The position numbers and the translations under genes were made by a program. A stretch of DNA of 64,000 nucleotides from Nitrospirota bacterium (lineage in GTDB: Bacteria; Nitrospirota; Thermodesulfovibrionia; Thermodesulfovibrionales; Dissulfurispiraceae). Numbering within the stretch: position 1 is the stretch's first letter; the number at the start of each line of letters is the position of its first letter. This document shows, piece after piece, positions 50,819-60,935 of the stretch. Below the pieces are notes generated by a model. The model did not search any database and had not been told where the DNA came from. It worked only from the letters and a program-made list of their open reading frames with translations. Location: positions 41,307-105,306 of the forward strand of contig JADFXU010000003.1 in the NCBI GenBank assembly GCA_015233365.1, written 5' to 3'.

Positions 50819-52387
50819 ATGCCGGTTCTGACAGTAAAGCTGCACAAAGAAGACCGGCACATCACCTGCAGGCCGGGCCGGTCGGTCAGGGATGTCCTCG
50901 ATGAAACTGATATACGGGTACGCGCGGGATGCAACGGGATGGGAGCATGCGGACTCTGCCGCATCAAGATCAAGGGCGGTGATATCGGGGAACCCTCGGA
51001 GAATGAATTTACGAGCCTTGGCACGGAACTGCTTTCTCAAGGAGTGCGGCTCGCATGTCAGGTCAAGGCTGATCACGATCTGCAGATCGTGATCCTCAAT
51101 CCGGCCCCGCCATCTGTCTGGCACAGCCTTGACCAGGGCCCTGCACTTTGCCCGGAGGCCGGTCATCCTCTCGGTATGACCGTTGATCTTGGAACCACCC
51201 ACATATCGATTACTTTATTGGACCTCCACGCCAAGCGGCGATTGGCGGGACGCCGGGGCCTGAATCCCCAAACTGCCTGCGGCACCGATGTGCTGACGCG
51301 GCTGATATCGGCAAAATCCATCGACCAGGCCGAAAGGTTGAGCAGCCAGGTTATTCGGGCTATAGGCGATGGCTTGCACGACATCGGTAACAGGGAGGGA
51401 ATAGACATACGACAGGTAGTGCGCGTCGCCCTCGTGGGTAATACCGCTATGCTCGCTTTATTGTCGGGGCAAAATTATCTCGATCTGTTGCAGCCGCGTT
51501 ACTGGACCGAAACCATAAACTGTCTCCCGGTTGAAACAGTCTCCTGGGGCGCAAGCTGGGGAATCAGTCCCGAAGCAGTCATCGAGGTCATTCCTCCCCT
51601 GGCGGGTTTTGTCGGTTCCGATCTTCTGGCCGGCATTATGGCAACGCGCCTGACGGAACAGCCTCCCGGCGCCATTTTAATCGATTTCGGGACCAATTCG
51701 GAAATGGCCCTTTGGGACGGCAAGAATCTCTGGGTGACATCGGCGGCTGGAGGACCGGCCTTTGAGGGGTGCGGCATAACCTGCGGGATGCCGGCAGACC
51801 CCGGCGCCATCTACCGGATCAATCCCGACGCAAAAGGAGCGCCTGCCTTCGACGTGATCGCTGCCTCTGAACCCAAGGGCCTGTGCGGCTCCGGCCTTGT
51901 TGATTTGCTTGCCTTCCTTGTCAAGAGCGGGATATTGAACAATAAGGGACAATTTGCCCCGTCAGTTTCTGAACATGGTTTTACTGTTTACCGCGGTAAC
52001 GTCGATATAGTTTTGACCAAAAAAGACATCGACATCTTCCAGCGGGCCAAAGCCGCCATCGGAGCAGGCATTGAGGTCCTATTGAAGAACGCAGACATGG
52101 GATATCATGAATTGCGGAAGATATTCATAGGCGGTGTTTTCGGCAAATATCTTGATATTGACAATGCCCGGGAGATCGGACTTTTGCCTGCGATTCCCGG
52201 ACACTTTATAGAAACCGCCGGTAACACGGCACTGTCCGGTTGCGAAGCCTTTCTGCTTTCACCGGATGCTGAAGAATGTTTAAAGAAAATAAAGAGCCGG
52301 GCAATTATCGTAAATTTATCTGACTGCACGGATTTCGGGATACTCTTCATGGAGCATCTCTACCTGCGGCAGGTTGCTGCCGTATAA
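50819..52387 (+). CDS. reductive activator of corrinoid proteins (RACo/RamA-like: 2Fe-2S ferredoxin + ASKHA/DUF4445 ATPase)
   Basis: The start MPVLTV follows GGGAGGTG. CNGMGACGLCRI...C plant-type 2Fe-2S motif. DLGTTHI, DFGTNSE and GGPAFEG ASKHA phosphate motifs. Confidence 0.8.
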   Translation: MPVLTVKLHKEDRHITCRPGRSVRDVLDETDIRVRAGCNGMGACGLCRIKIKGGDIGEPSENEFTSLGTELLSQGVRLACQVKADHDLQIVILNPAPPSVWHSLDQGPALCPEAGHPLGMTVDLGTTHISITLLDLHAKRRLAGRRGLNPQTACGTDVLTRLISAKSIDQAERLSSQVIRAIGDGLHDIGNREGIDIRQVVRVALVGNTAMLALLSGQNYLDLLQPRYWTETINCLPVETVSWGASWGISPEAVIEVIPPLAGFVGSDLLAGIMATRLTEQPPGAILIDFGTNSEMALWDGKNLWVTSAAGGPAFEGCGITCGMPADPGAIYRINPDAKGAPAFDVIAASEPKGLCGSGLVDLLAFLVKSGILNNKGQFAPSVSEHGFTVYRGNVDIVLTKKDIDIFQRAKAAIGAGIEVLLKNADMGYHELRKIFIGGVFGKYLDIDNAREIGLLPAIPGHFIETAGNTALSGCEAFLLSPDAEECLKKIKSRAIIVNLSDCTDFGILFMEHLYLRQVAAV

Positions 52388-52390
52388 ATT

Positions 52391-53965
52391 ATGACCGGAC
52401 CATTTTCCGATAAGCAGCAGTTGAAGGCATTTATAAATGCGGCGCAGTATTTTGCCGGCCTGACGTCCGGACAGGACATATGGGAAGAGGCCGGGAAGGT
52501 ACTTGTCAATTTCTTTGGGGCCGACTTTGCAGCTTTTGGAAAATATGGTGCTGACGGAAAAATCGAGATCACACACCGGGCATTTTCCCTGAAGGGCTCA
52601 TCGGCACAGATATCTCAACCTCAGATAATCAAAGCTGTCAGGGATGTTTTCGATAGCGGTTTTCTCACATTCCTGTCTTTTCCTTCCGATGACCCGATAG
52701 CCGCGGCATTCTTTCCCGTGCTTCACGAAAGCCGTGTCATCGCTGTAATGCTGGTGGGTCACATATCGTGCGTGTCCCTGCAGAAGGAAACCCTTGATCT
52801 TTATCTGGCCGCTGCCGGAATTATCGGGGCGACATACTCACGTAAAATTTCCGAGGCTGCGGTCCTGCAGGCCAAGGAAGATTGGGAACAGACATTCGAT
52901 GCAGTTCCCGACATGATTGCCATAATCGACCTTAACTACCGGGTTGTCCGTGCGAATAAAGCTCTGGCAGACAGGTTAGGCCTGAAGCCTGCAGAATGCG
53001 TGGGGCTTACGTGTCATCGTGCATTCCACGGAAAGGATGAGGCACCTGTTTATTGCCCTCACAGCCTACTTATAGAGGATGGACTGGAACACACCACAGA
53101 GGTGCATCTGGATCGGGACTACTTAATAAGCGTCTCGCCATTGTACGATAAGGGCGGGAGGCTGACAGGGGGTGTCCATGTTGCCAGGGACATCACAGAT
53201 CTAAAACAGGCGGAGCATGAGTTGGACCGATTTCGGACACATCTGCAGAAATTGGTGGATGAACGCACCGCAGAGTTGACTGCCGCGAATGAGGAACTTG
53301 AGGGATTCAGCTACTCGGTATCGCACGATCTGAGGGCCCCCATCCGGCATATGATCGGATTCATGGAATTGCTGGAGAAAAGGTGCATAACGCAACTGGA
53401 TGAGACAAGCCTTCATTATCTGACCACGGTCTCAAAATCTGCAAAAAAGCTTGGGATGCTTATTGATGACCTGCTGGCCTTTTCCCGCGCGGGGCGGGCA
53501 GAGATGAAAAAGAAAAGAGTGCGTTTACTTGCTTTAGTTACAGAGGCTGTCCAGGAAATAGAGGATGAACTGAAGGGAAGGCATATTACATGGGAAATCG
53601 ACGAACTGCCTGAAGTTTATGGTGATCGGACAATGCTGGGTCTCGTGCTTTCCAATCTTATCCATAATGCCGCCAAATTCACTCGCGACCGTAAACGGTC
53701 CGAAATAAAGATCGGGTGCCGGGACGAAGGAGATGAATTCATCTTTTTTGTTAAAGACAACGGCGCGGGATTTGACATGAAATACGTGGATAAGCTCTTT
53801 GGAGTATTCCAGCGCCTCCATCACCAGGATGAATTTGAAGGCACCGGCATAGGCCTGGCTAATGTCCGGCGCATCATTTCACGTCATGGAGGGAGGACAT
53901 GGGCCGAAGGTTCAGTGGGACAGGGTGCGACATTTTATTTCAGCCTTCCGAAGAAGACGGCCTAA
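52391..53965 (+). CDS. cytoplasmic sensor histidine kinase (GAF-like N-domain, PAS with a Cys/His motif, HisKA, HATPase)
   Basis: 524 aa. It starts 3 nt after the RACo stop. PAS domain with CHRAFHG...YCPH. H-box FSYSVSHDLRAPIR, then NLIHNAAKF, DNGAGF and GTGIGLA. Confidence 0.85.
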   Translation: MTGPFSDKQQLKAFINAAQYFAGLTSGQDIWEEAGKVLVNFFGADFAAFGKYGADGKIEITHRAFSLKGSSAQISQPQIIKAVRDVFDSGFLTFLSFPSDDPIAAAFFPVLHESRVIAVMLVGHISCVSLQKETLDLYLAAAGIIGATYSRKISEAAVLQAKEDWEQTFDAVPDMIAIIDLNYRVVRANKALADRLGLKPAECVGLTCHRAFHGKDEAPVYCPHSLLIEDGLEHTTEVHLDRDYLISVSPLYDKGGRLTGGVHVARDITDLKQAEHELDRFRTHLQKLVDERTAELTAANEELEGFSYSVSHDLRAPIRHMIGFMELLEKRCITQLDETSLHYLTTVSKSAKKLGMLIDDLLAFSRAGRAEMKKKRVRLLALVTEAVQEIEDELKGRHITWEIDELPEVYGDRTMLGLVLSNLIHNAAKFTRDRKRSEIKIGCRDEGDEFIFFVKDNGAGFDMKYVDKLFGVFQRLHHQDEFEGTGIGLANVRRIISRHGGRTWAEGSVGQGATFYFSLPKKTA

Positions 53966-53977
53966 GGGGTGTTAAAA

Positions 53978-54667
53978 TTAATTATCGCGACTCTCGGGAA
54001 TGTATTTGAGACGTATCTCGACTCTTCTATTCAGTGCCCTCTCTTCCGGAGAATCGTTGGAAACGAGCGGTTTCCGGTCAGCGTTCCCTCTGATATAAAA
54101 CCTTGACGGATCAGCGCCATATTTATCTACAAAGCATTTCAGCACGCTTGCTGCGCGTGCCACCGACAGCTCCCAGTTTGAAGGATAGCGGGATGTATGT
54201 ATGGGAATGTTATCGGTATTGCCGTCGATCTCAACTATGTAAGAAGGATTTTTTTGTATGCTGTCCGCGATCCTTCCGATCAATGAACCGGCTCCGTCGA
54301 ATATCACGGCCTTTCCAGGCGTAAATGTTATATTCTCTCTAAGGGTGATAACGACATCCTTATTTTCGGTGTAGATTTCGACATCCTTCTCCATGCCGAG
54401 TTGCCTGATGCCAAGAGCTATGGCGTCTTTGATTCCGTTTTCGGCCTTGCTATCCGAAACAGCAGGAATGTCCGCGGAAGGCTTGACAGCCGCTGAATTG
54501 CCCGCTGCCGGCCTGCTTCCGTTTTCAGCCTGGCGGGCAATAAGGAACATTACAAAAAAAACCATCAGCAGCGTCATCACATCAGCCATGGTAATAAGCC
54601 AATTACTGTCGCCATCCACCGTGGATCTCGATTGCTCGATAAGCTTCCTGTATGGTGAATTGTTCAT
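53978..54667 (-). CDS. motB: flagellar motor stator protein MotB (OmpA-like C-terminal domain)
   Basis: 229 aa. WLITMADVMTLLMVFFV plug/TM segment with the conserved Asp. The C-terminal OmpA domain has NWELSVARA...NRRVEI. Confidence 0.8.
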   Translation of the reverse strand: MNNSPYRKLIEQSRSTVDGDSNWLITMADVMTLLMVFFVMFLIARQAENGSRPAAGNSAAVKPSADIPAVSDSKAENGIKDAIALGIRQLGMEKDVEIYTENKDVVITLRENITFTPGKAVIFDGAGSLIGRIADSIQKNPSYIVEIDGNTDNIPIHTSRYPSNWELSVARAASVLKCFVDKYGADPSRFYIRGNADRKPLVSNDSPEERALNRRVEIRLKYIPESRDN

Positions 54668-54670
54668 AGA

Positions 54671-55468
54671 TCAGTTCAAACTCTTCGCACTCCTGAGGGC
54701 ATTGATATTCTTGACAACATATCTCTCAGTGTCGGCATCAGAGCAGCCCAAAAGCTTTTCCTCAATTTTTAACGGATATTCTCCTTTGTTGATTTCGACA
54801 ATCCCTTCTACTGTCATTTGCATCAGTTCCTCACAGAGTATGGCCCTCTCCTTAATTTTTGCAGACAGCGGCAATAAAATCAGGTTGGACAGGAAGACGC
54901 CGTAAAAAGTTGACATAAGGGCAATGGCCATGATCGGTATGACTGTTTCAAAGGACTGGAAATGCCTGAATATTTTGATTAAGCTTATGACTGTGCCTGC
55001 GAGTCCGAACGACGGCGTGAGCCGGGCCATCGTCATAAGCACATTCTGGCTTAAGTTAAGGTCGATTATCCTGGTCGCCATTTCCCGTTCCATAGTATTT
55101 CGTATCTCTTCACTTTTATAGCCGTTTAGAAGCATGTTAATCCCGATTTTGAGAAAGGCGTCTTTCGTATCAGAGATGCTGGCTTCCAGTTTTCTTAATT
55201 CACTCTTTCTGTGCATCCTGGCAATCCGGACTATTTCCTGAGTAATATCCTCCCTGGTCCCCACACTCCGGAATGTAGCGATAAGGTCATGGATCGTTGC
55301 AGTTATTCTCTTAACCGGGAAACCGATAAGGAGAGCTGTGGCAGTCCCCCCGATTACAATTAAAAACGCGTCGAAATTGAACAGGACTCCAATCCCCACG
55401 TCTTTGAAAATCATTGAAATCATGGCAAATAAACAGATAGTAGCCATACCGCTCACCAGAAAACCCAT
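54671..55468 (-). CDS. motA: flagellar motor stator protein MotA (MotA/TolQ/ExbB channel family)
   Basis: I chose Met 55468 as the start because it follows GGGGAGGG; the track start is 55495. Four TM helices, with C-terminal PSFGLAGTV...ALMSTFYGVFLSNLILLP. Confidence 0.8.
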   Translation of the reverse strand: MGFLVSGMATICLFAMISMIFKDVGIGVLFNFDAFLIVIGGTATALLIGFPVKRITATIHDLIATFRSVGTREDITQEIVRIARMHRKSELRKLEASISDTKDAFLKIGINMLLNGYKSEEIRNTMEREMATRIIDLNLSQNVLMTMARLTPSFGLAGTVISLIKIFRHFQSFETVIPIMAIALMSTFYGVFLSNLILLPLSAKIKERAILCEELMQMTVEGIVEINKGEYPLKIEEKLLGCSDADTERYVVKNINALRSAKSLN

Positions 55469-55546
55469 TTTACCCTCCCCTACTGCAGCTTTCATCAGAA
55501 ATCAGTCACTGAAAACTCATGTTGTACTGCCGTGGTTTCATTGGAA

Positions 55547-55561
55547 GCAATTGACATGCCC
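55547..55561 (-). promoter_or_regulatory. sigma-54 (-24/-12) promoter candidate for motAB
   Basis: The minus strand reads GGGCATGTCAATTGCT, with GG and GC spaced exactly as in TGGCAC-N5-TTGC. It lies ~80 nt upstream of the motA start. Confidence 0.4.
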
Positions 55562-56046
55562 GCCGGTCATGCAACTGAAATTATGAGGAAATCAATACTT
55601 CGGGGATACCTGGTCGGAGAACGAAAGAGTATTAATTTACCTGCCGGGAAAACTTTTCCCGGGGTGTCCGGGCGTATTAGCCGCAGAACCCGAAGATAGC
55701 AAGCTTGACAAAGAGCGAAGCACTGTATTTTTCAGAATCTTCCCTGACACCGTAGCAGGCAAAACTTGACTAAACTAAAAAAATGATCTATACATCATAA
55801 TTAATAACCAATTCATGCCCTATGCACAAACAACTTGTGCAATTTCCACTAAGGAGGATGATTTATACACGATATCAAACGCATCCTCGTCGTAAGCAGA
55901 ATGACAAAACACTAGCGGTCCATCACAGAATTTCTCCGGCCCGGAGTTACGGGGCTGAACTTTATGTCATTCATGATACTTTGACTCATGGGACAAGTGC
56001 AACGGCCGGCATATATATAAGAATTTATTAAGAAAAGGAGCTTGGC

Positions 56047-56568
56047 ATGAAAAAAATTATTCCCGCAGTTATGGTACTGGCAGCCTTTTGTATTTCGGCA
56101 GTCTCGTCTTCGCTGGCCGCGGAGACCCTGAAGATAGGCATTTTCGACATCCAGAGGATAATGGCCGAATCCCGGACTGTCAAGGGTTACCGCGAGAAGC
56201 TGGCGAATGATCTGGAACCGAAAAAAAAGGCCTTTTTCGCCAAACGGGAAATCGCCAACCAGTTGGGGGAAAAGCTGAAAAAAGATGGGCCATCCATGTC
56301 CGCCTCGGATAGAAGGGCTGCCGAAGACCGGCTCAGCAGCGCAATGCAGGAAATTAAGATAATGAACGAGGACATAAATCTGGATTTCCAGAGGATTAAC
56401 AAGGAGCTTACCCAGCAGGCAGTGGATGGAATATTCAAGGCCGTACGTGATATTGCTTCGAAGGAGAATTATACGGTCATATTCGAGAAAAACCAGGCCG
56501 GAGTTGCATACTCCAAAGGTTCGATTGATATCACGGAAAAGGTCATAAAAGCTTACGACAGCAGGTAA
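56047..56568 (+). CDS. skp: OmpH/Skp-family periplasmic chaperone
   Basis: 173 aa. Signal peptide, then IGIFDIQRIM... and a long coiled-coil region typical of Skp. Confidence 0.85.
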   Translation: MKKIIPAVMVLAAFCISAVSSSLAAETLKIGIFDIQRIMAESRTVKGYREKLANDLEPKKKAFFAKREIANQLGEKLKKDGPSMSASDRRAAEDRLSSAMQEIKIMNEDINLDFQRINKELTQQAVDGIFKAVRDIASKENYTVIFEKNQAGVAYSKGSIDITEKVIKAYDSR

Positions 56569-56730
56569 TCACTTTTCTTTGATCACCATGTCCTCTCACG
56601 CTTCAGCAGCATGTTTGAGTAATAATGGATAACCTATGGAGGAGTGAGTGCTTAATTTTATTATAGTGCAATGGGATCGTTGTCAGTAAACAGAGGTCTC
56701 TATTAATCGCAACTGTGGGGGAGACACGGT

Positions 56731-58740
56731 ATGACAACACAGAATAAATCGGTATGTCTATTACTTTTTACCATTGCTCTCATTGCATATAAGTCAAATC
56801 TGTATGGAGCCGAGAAAGGGCCGGAACAATCCCTTCCGGTCTACCATCTTTCGGTCTCCTTTGACTTAAAAACAAATCTCCTCAGAGGTACGGCAGCAAT
56901 TACTCTGCCGGAACCCGGTAATACGACGGTCTCCTTCGGCAATCTCAGGGTACTGTCAGTCACCCTGAACGGATCTCCCGTGGATTATAAAAAAAGGAAC
57001 GGCCTCTTAAGGGTACCCGGCAAGGGGATACTCAAAATACACTATGAAGGCACCTTCAAGGGCGGACCGGGAAACAGGGGCAGCCTTGAGAATGCAGGCG
57101 TTGTCTCAACCGGCATGGTAAGCGGGCGCGGCGTCTCGCTTACCGGCAACTGGTACCCTGCAATAGACGGCCTTGCATATTATAAACTCACCGCGCTCGT
57201 CCCGGATAATTTCATCGCCATATCAGAAGCGGATGAAATCACTTTAAAGAAAATTGCAGCTGGCAAAGAGTACTCATTTATTTTCCCCCATCCTTTAACC
57301 GGGATAAACCTCGTTGCAGGAAACTACAGGGAGGTCAAAAGTTCCGCGAACGGTATCGGTATTTACACCTACTTTTTCCCTGAGGATATCTCACTTGCCG
57401 CTGACTATATAGAACACACGAAGAAATACCTCAAAATGTATGATGAACTCCTGGTCCCTTATCCGTACAAAAGGTTCTCCGTTGTAGAAAACATCCTTCC
57501 CACGGGCTATTCCATGCCTACATTCACCCTCCTTGGGCAGGAAGTCCTCCGCCTCCCGTTCATTCCGGAGACCTCCCTGGGCCATGAGATTACTCATCAG
57601 TGGTTTGGAAATTACGTATATGCTGATTTCGATAAAGGCAACTGGCTGGAAGCGATTACTTCCTATATGTCCGATCACCTTTACGAGGAGCAGAAAGGCA
57701 GGGGATGGGAGGACAGGAAAAAGATCCTCATCAACTTTCAAAGCTACGTCACTTCTGAAAATGATTTCCCCCTCAGGCAGTTCACCGGGAGGACCGGGTT
57801 TGCCTCTGCGGCAATAGGGTATGGCAAGGGTGCGATGCTTTTTCATATGCTCGAAAATATGGTCGGAAGAGAGACATTCCTTAAATCATTAAGAAAACTC
57901 ATTGAGGACAACAAATTTCAGATGGCATCGTGGGCTGACGTGGAAAAGCCCTTTGAGCTGGAATCCGGCAAGGACCTCGGGTGGTTTTTCAGCCAGTGGC
58001 TCGACCGCAAGGGAGTTCCTTCCTTCGAAATAAGGAATCCAAGTGCTCCAGTTTTGAAAGGAGTTCCGACTGTTTCCTTTGAGCTTGCACAGAGCGGAAA
58101 GCCCTACAGAATTGAATTGCCCGTAAAAATTATTACTGAAAAAGGTGTGATAAAACAGGTGCTGCCGATTGAGAAGGAAAAGCAGCATTTTGATATCAAT
58201 GCAAAAGAGATTCCTTCTGATTTAATTTTCGATGAAAACTACGACGTGCTCAGGAGACTTTCATCCGACGAATTCCCTCCTGTTATTGCGCGGCTGCTCG
58301 GGGATGAAAGAAAGTTGATCGTTTATCCTGAAAAGGAAAAAGAAAAATACGCCAGGCTGATAGCCATTTTCAAAGAAGAGGGATTTATCGCCAAAGAGCA
58401 AGGGGAAGTAGGTGATGGGGATATCAGGTCGTCCTCTCTGTTCGTCCTGGGTTTCGAAAGCCCGGTACTAAGAAGGCTTTTCGGAGCTGTCAGGGAAGGA
58501 GGGCAGGGATTTGTCCTTATTGTAAAGAACAATCCCCTGAACCCCTCGAAGGTTGTAGCCTATGCGCAGGGGACGGCTAAAGAAGAAGTTGACCTCGCTG
58601 CGGAAAAGATATTCCATTACGGGAAGTATTCCTTCATCCGCTTTGAAAAAGGGAGAAATACGGCAAAGGAAATTGCCGGAACAAATCGCGGCATGGTATT
58701 CAATCTCCGGGAACCTGTAGAAGCAAGACGAAAGCCGTGA
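56731..58740 (+). CDS. secreted M1-family metallopeptidase (aminopeptidase N-like)
   Basis: 669 aa. Signal peptide, then the HEITHQWFGN zinc motif with a downstream WLEAITSY glutamate. Confidence 0.8.
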   Translation: MTTQNKSVCLLLFTIALIAYKSNLYGAEKGPEQSLPVYHLSVSFDLKTNLLRGTAAITLPEPGNTTVSFGNLRVLSVTLNGSPVDYKKRNGLLRVPGKGILKIHYEGTFKGGPGNRGSLENAGVVSTGMVSGRGVSLTGNWYPAIDGLAYYKLTALVPDNFIAISEADEITLKKIAAGKEYSFIFPHPLTGINLVAGNYREVKSSANGIGIYTYFFPEDISLAADYIEHTKKYLKMYDELLVPYPYKRFSVVENILPTGYSMPTFTLLGQEVLRLPFIPETSLGHEITHQWFGNYVYADFDKGNWLEAITSYMSDHLYEEQKGRGWEDRKKILINFQSYVTSENDFPLRQFTGRTGFASAAIGYGKGAMLFHMLENMVGRETFLKSLRKLIEDNKFQMASWADVEKPFELESGKDLGWFFSQWLDRKGVPSFEIRNPSAPVLKGVPTVSFELAQSGKPYRIELPVKIITEKGVIKQVLPIEKEKQHFDINAKEIPSDLIFDENYDVLRRLSSDEFPPVIARLLGDERKLIVYPEKEKEKYARLIAIFKEEGFIAKEQGEVGDGDIRSSSLFVLGFESPVLRRLFGAVREGGQGFVLIVKNNPLNPSKVVAYAQGTAKEEVDLAAEKIFHYGKYSFIRFEKGRNTAKEIAGTNRGMVFNLREPVEARRKP

Positions 58741-58773
58741 AAAAGACGACTGGGTATGATATGATAACATTTA

Positions 58774-59610
58774 ATGAAAATCGCAGTCTTAGGGTTAGGC
58801 ATTATCGGAAGCGCCTGGGCGAAAAACCTGATCTCGGACGGCCATGCCGTGCGATGCTGGAACCGGACGCCCAAAGATTTTCCGAACTTTCATGCATCCA
58901 TTCAGGAGGCGGTGGAAGGAGCGGAGGTGATCTTCATCATCGTGGCCGACCCTCCGGCAGTGCAGTCCGTTCTGGATAAGATTCAACCCAGCCTTGGCCG
59001 CGGAGTATTGGTTATTCAATCCAGCACAATTTCCGCCAAATGGACTCGACTCTTCGCCGAACAGGTGCAGCGGACCGGTGCATTGTTTTTGGAAGCACCC
59101 TTTACAGGAAGCAAACTTGCGGCGGAGCAGCGGCAAACCGTTTATTATCTGGGCGGCGAACCGGAAGTCGTCGAAAAGGCGCACCCAATCCTCGAACCTA
59201 TATCCAGTGCCATCCTCCATATCGGGCCGATAGGTTCCGCCAGTTCGCTGAAACTTGCAATGAATCTGAACATTGCCGGCGTCGCCCAAACTTTGTGCGA
59301 GAGCCTGAGTTTGTGCCGGGCAGCGGGAATCCCGGATGAAGTCTATTTCAATGCGCTGGCGCGAAATGCTTCACGTTCAGGAGTTTCTGATCTTAAAGAA
59401 CCCAAGCTGCGTCAGCACGATTACACTCCGCAGTTTTCACTCAAGAATATGGATAAAGACCTTCGTCTGGCACTGGAGACCGCTGCCGATCTCTCAGTGT
59501 CACTCGAACAAACAGGACATCTTAAAAAAATCTACGACCAGGGAATGTCCGCCGGATGGGCGGATGATGACTTCATCGGACTCATGCGCCTCCTTACCAA
59601 CAATACCTAA
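58774..59610 (+). CDS. NAD(P)-dependent oxidoreductase (3-hydroxyisobutyrate/6-phosphogluconate dehydrogenase family)
   Basis: 278 aa. MKIAVLGLGIIGSAWAKNL Rossmann motif and a GSASSLKLAMN catalytic-Lys region. Confidence 0.85.
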   Translation: MKIAVLGLGIIGSAWAKNLISDGHAVRCWNRTPKDFPNFHASIQEAVEGAEVIFIIVADPPAVQSVLDKIQPSLGRGVLVIQSSTISAKWTRLFAEQVQRTGALFLEAPFTGSKLAAEQRQTVYYLGGEPEVVEKAHPILEPISSAILHIGPIGSASSLKLAMNLNIAGVAQTLCESLSLCRAAGIPDEVYFNALARNASRSGVSDLKEPKLRQHDYTPQFSLKNMDKDLRLALETAADLSVSLEQTGHLKKIYDQGMSAGWADDDFIGLMRLLTNNT

Positions 59611-60914
59611 ATTTTTATATTCAGCACCGGCAACCCCAGCCTCTGTCTTTTGTTTTCTCCCCTGAAAAGTTCCGTCGCCCTATGCGGCACATCCCCACGT
59701 TCTCCCTCATGCTGCGCCTGAAGTTTTGTCGGCAAACTTGCTGCATGGTGGACAGTGTACTTCCCGAACTTTTCGGAAAGTTGATCTACCGCGCCATAAA
59801 TCCTGGCCATCTTCTCAATCCTGGCAGGATTATCGAAAAGCGTTTGCTGTATGCCGTCCTCGTGGACAAGTCCGGCAAGAACAACGCCTGTCTGCCGATA
59901 GAGATCGGGTGACCGGTAAATTTGCTTAAATCCCTCTTTCAGGAAACCGAAGAGGTCGGACGGATAGGCGGAAGGCGAGCTTAACTTGATTTCAACGCCG
60001 GTATCCCTGAACTCCTGTGTCCTCAGAAATAAAACAAGTCTCGCAGCCGCGAGCCTGTACCGTCTGGCCTTGATACAGGCATTCTCCAGGTTTTTGGACA
60101 GTTGGGCAAATATAAAAGTCTTATCACATGAAGGCGGGGTGAAAGTTTTTGTTTTGCTTATGGATTGATAACTGCACTTTGATTCAGTGGTAACAGCATA
60201 AACGCTTCTTCCATTGAGTTCATGCCATATCTCCTGATATGGCTTGGAGAGGTGCTTTTTGATGAACTGCTCGTCCTTTCGGGCAAATTGAAGTGCGGTG
60301 ATTATTCCAAATTTTCCCAGGAAAGCCGCGGTATTAGACCCTATTCCCCATACTTTTTCTACCGGCAATTCGGCTATATAAAGATGGATGTCCCTGCCCG
60401 GTATGATGGTCAGTCCGTGGGGCTTCCTATGTTTTGAGCCCGCCTTCGCCAGGACCTTTGAGAGGCTTACGCCGACCGACACGGTAATACCCAATTCCAT
60501 CTCGATAGCTTCCTGCATCTGCTTTGCGATCATTTCGTAAGGGCCGTGAAAGCTTCTCCTGAGGCCCGTAAGATCTACAAATGCTTCGTCTATTGAATAT
60601 TCTTCCACATCAGGAGAAAAGCGCCTGAGTATTTCGAACATCCTGAGAGAAAACAGGCTGTAACTCTCATAATCACTCGGGAGGATAACGGCATCAGGGC
60701 ATACTTTTTTCGCATCAAAGAGCCTCATCCCTCTTTTTACTCCCCGGTTTCTCGCTTCATAACTTGCTGCTGCAACAATGCCACGTTCTTTGCCGGTGAT
60801 TACGGGCTTCCCTTTAAACTCAGGATGTATTGCCTGCTCACAGGACGCAAAAAAAGCGTCTGCGTCCACATGCAGGATAGCCCGGGGCCATGAATGTATT
60901 GTTAAAGGATTCAT
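59607..60914 (-). CDS. Y-family (translesion) DNA polymerase, DinB/UmuC-like
   Basis: 435 aa. ILHVDADAFFASCEQ, SIDEAFVDLTG and GIGSNTA motifs. It lies downstream of lexA on the same strand. Confidence 0.9.
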   Translation of the reverse strand: MNPLTIHSWPRAILHVDADAFFASCEQAIHPEFKGKPVITGKERGIVAAASYEARNRGVKRGMRLFDAKKVCPDAVILPSDYESYSLFSLRMFEILRRFSPDVEEYSIDEAFVDLTGLRRSFHGPYEMIAKQMQEAIEMELGITVSVGVSLSKVLAKAGSKHRKPHGLTIIPGRDIHLYIAELPVEKVWGIGSNTAAFLGKFGIITALQFARKDEQFIKKHLSKPYQEIWHELNGRSVYAVTTESKCSYQSISKTKTFTPPSCDKTFIFAQLSKNLENACIKARRYRLAAARLVLFLRTQEFRDTGVEIKLSSPSAYPSDLFGFLKEGFKQIYRSPDLYRQTGVVLAGLVHEDGIQQTLFDNPARIEKMARIYGAVDQLSEKFGKYTVHHAASLPTKLQAQHEGERGDVPHRATELFRGENKRQRLGLPVLNIKI

Positions 60915-60935
60915 CGTGTTATTTTTAATTTAGAC

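Noticed and set aside
55496-56046. The 550-bp motA-skp intergenic region has several short hairpins (CCGGGAAAA/TTTTCCCGG, TGCACAA/TTGTGCA, CTCCGG/CCGGAG) and ORF 55822..56031. I considered a riboswitch or sRNA.
   Set aside because: It matches no riboswitch core I know (for example c-di-GMP GEMM). None of the hairpins has a U-tract. The ORF has no SD and an odd composition. It most likely holds divergent promoter and leader DNA, but it could hide an sRNA.
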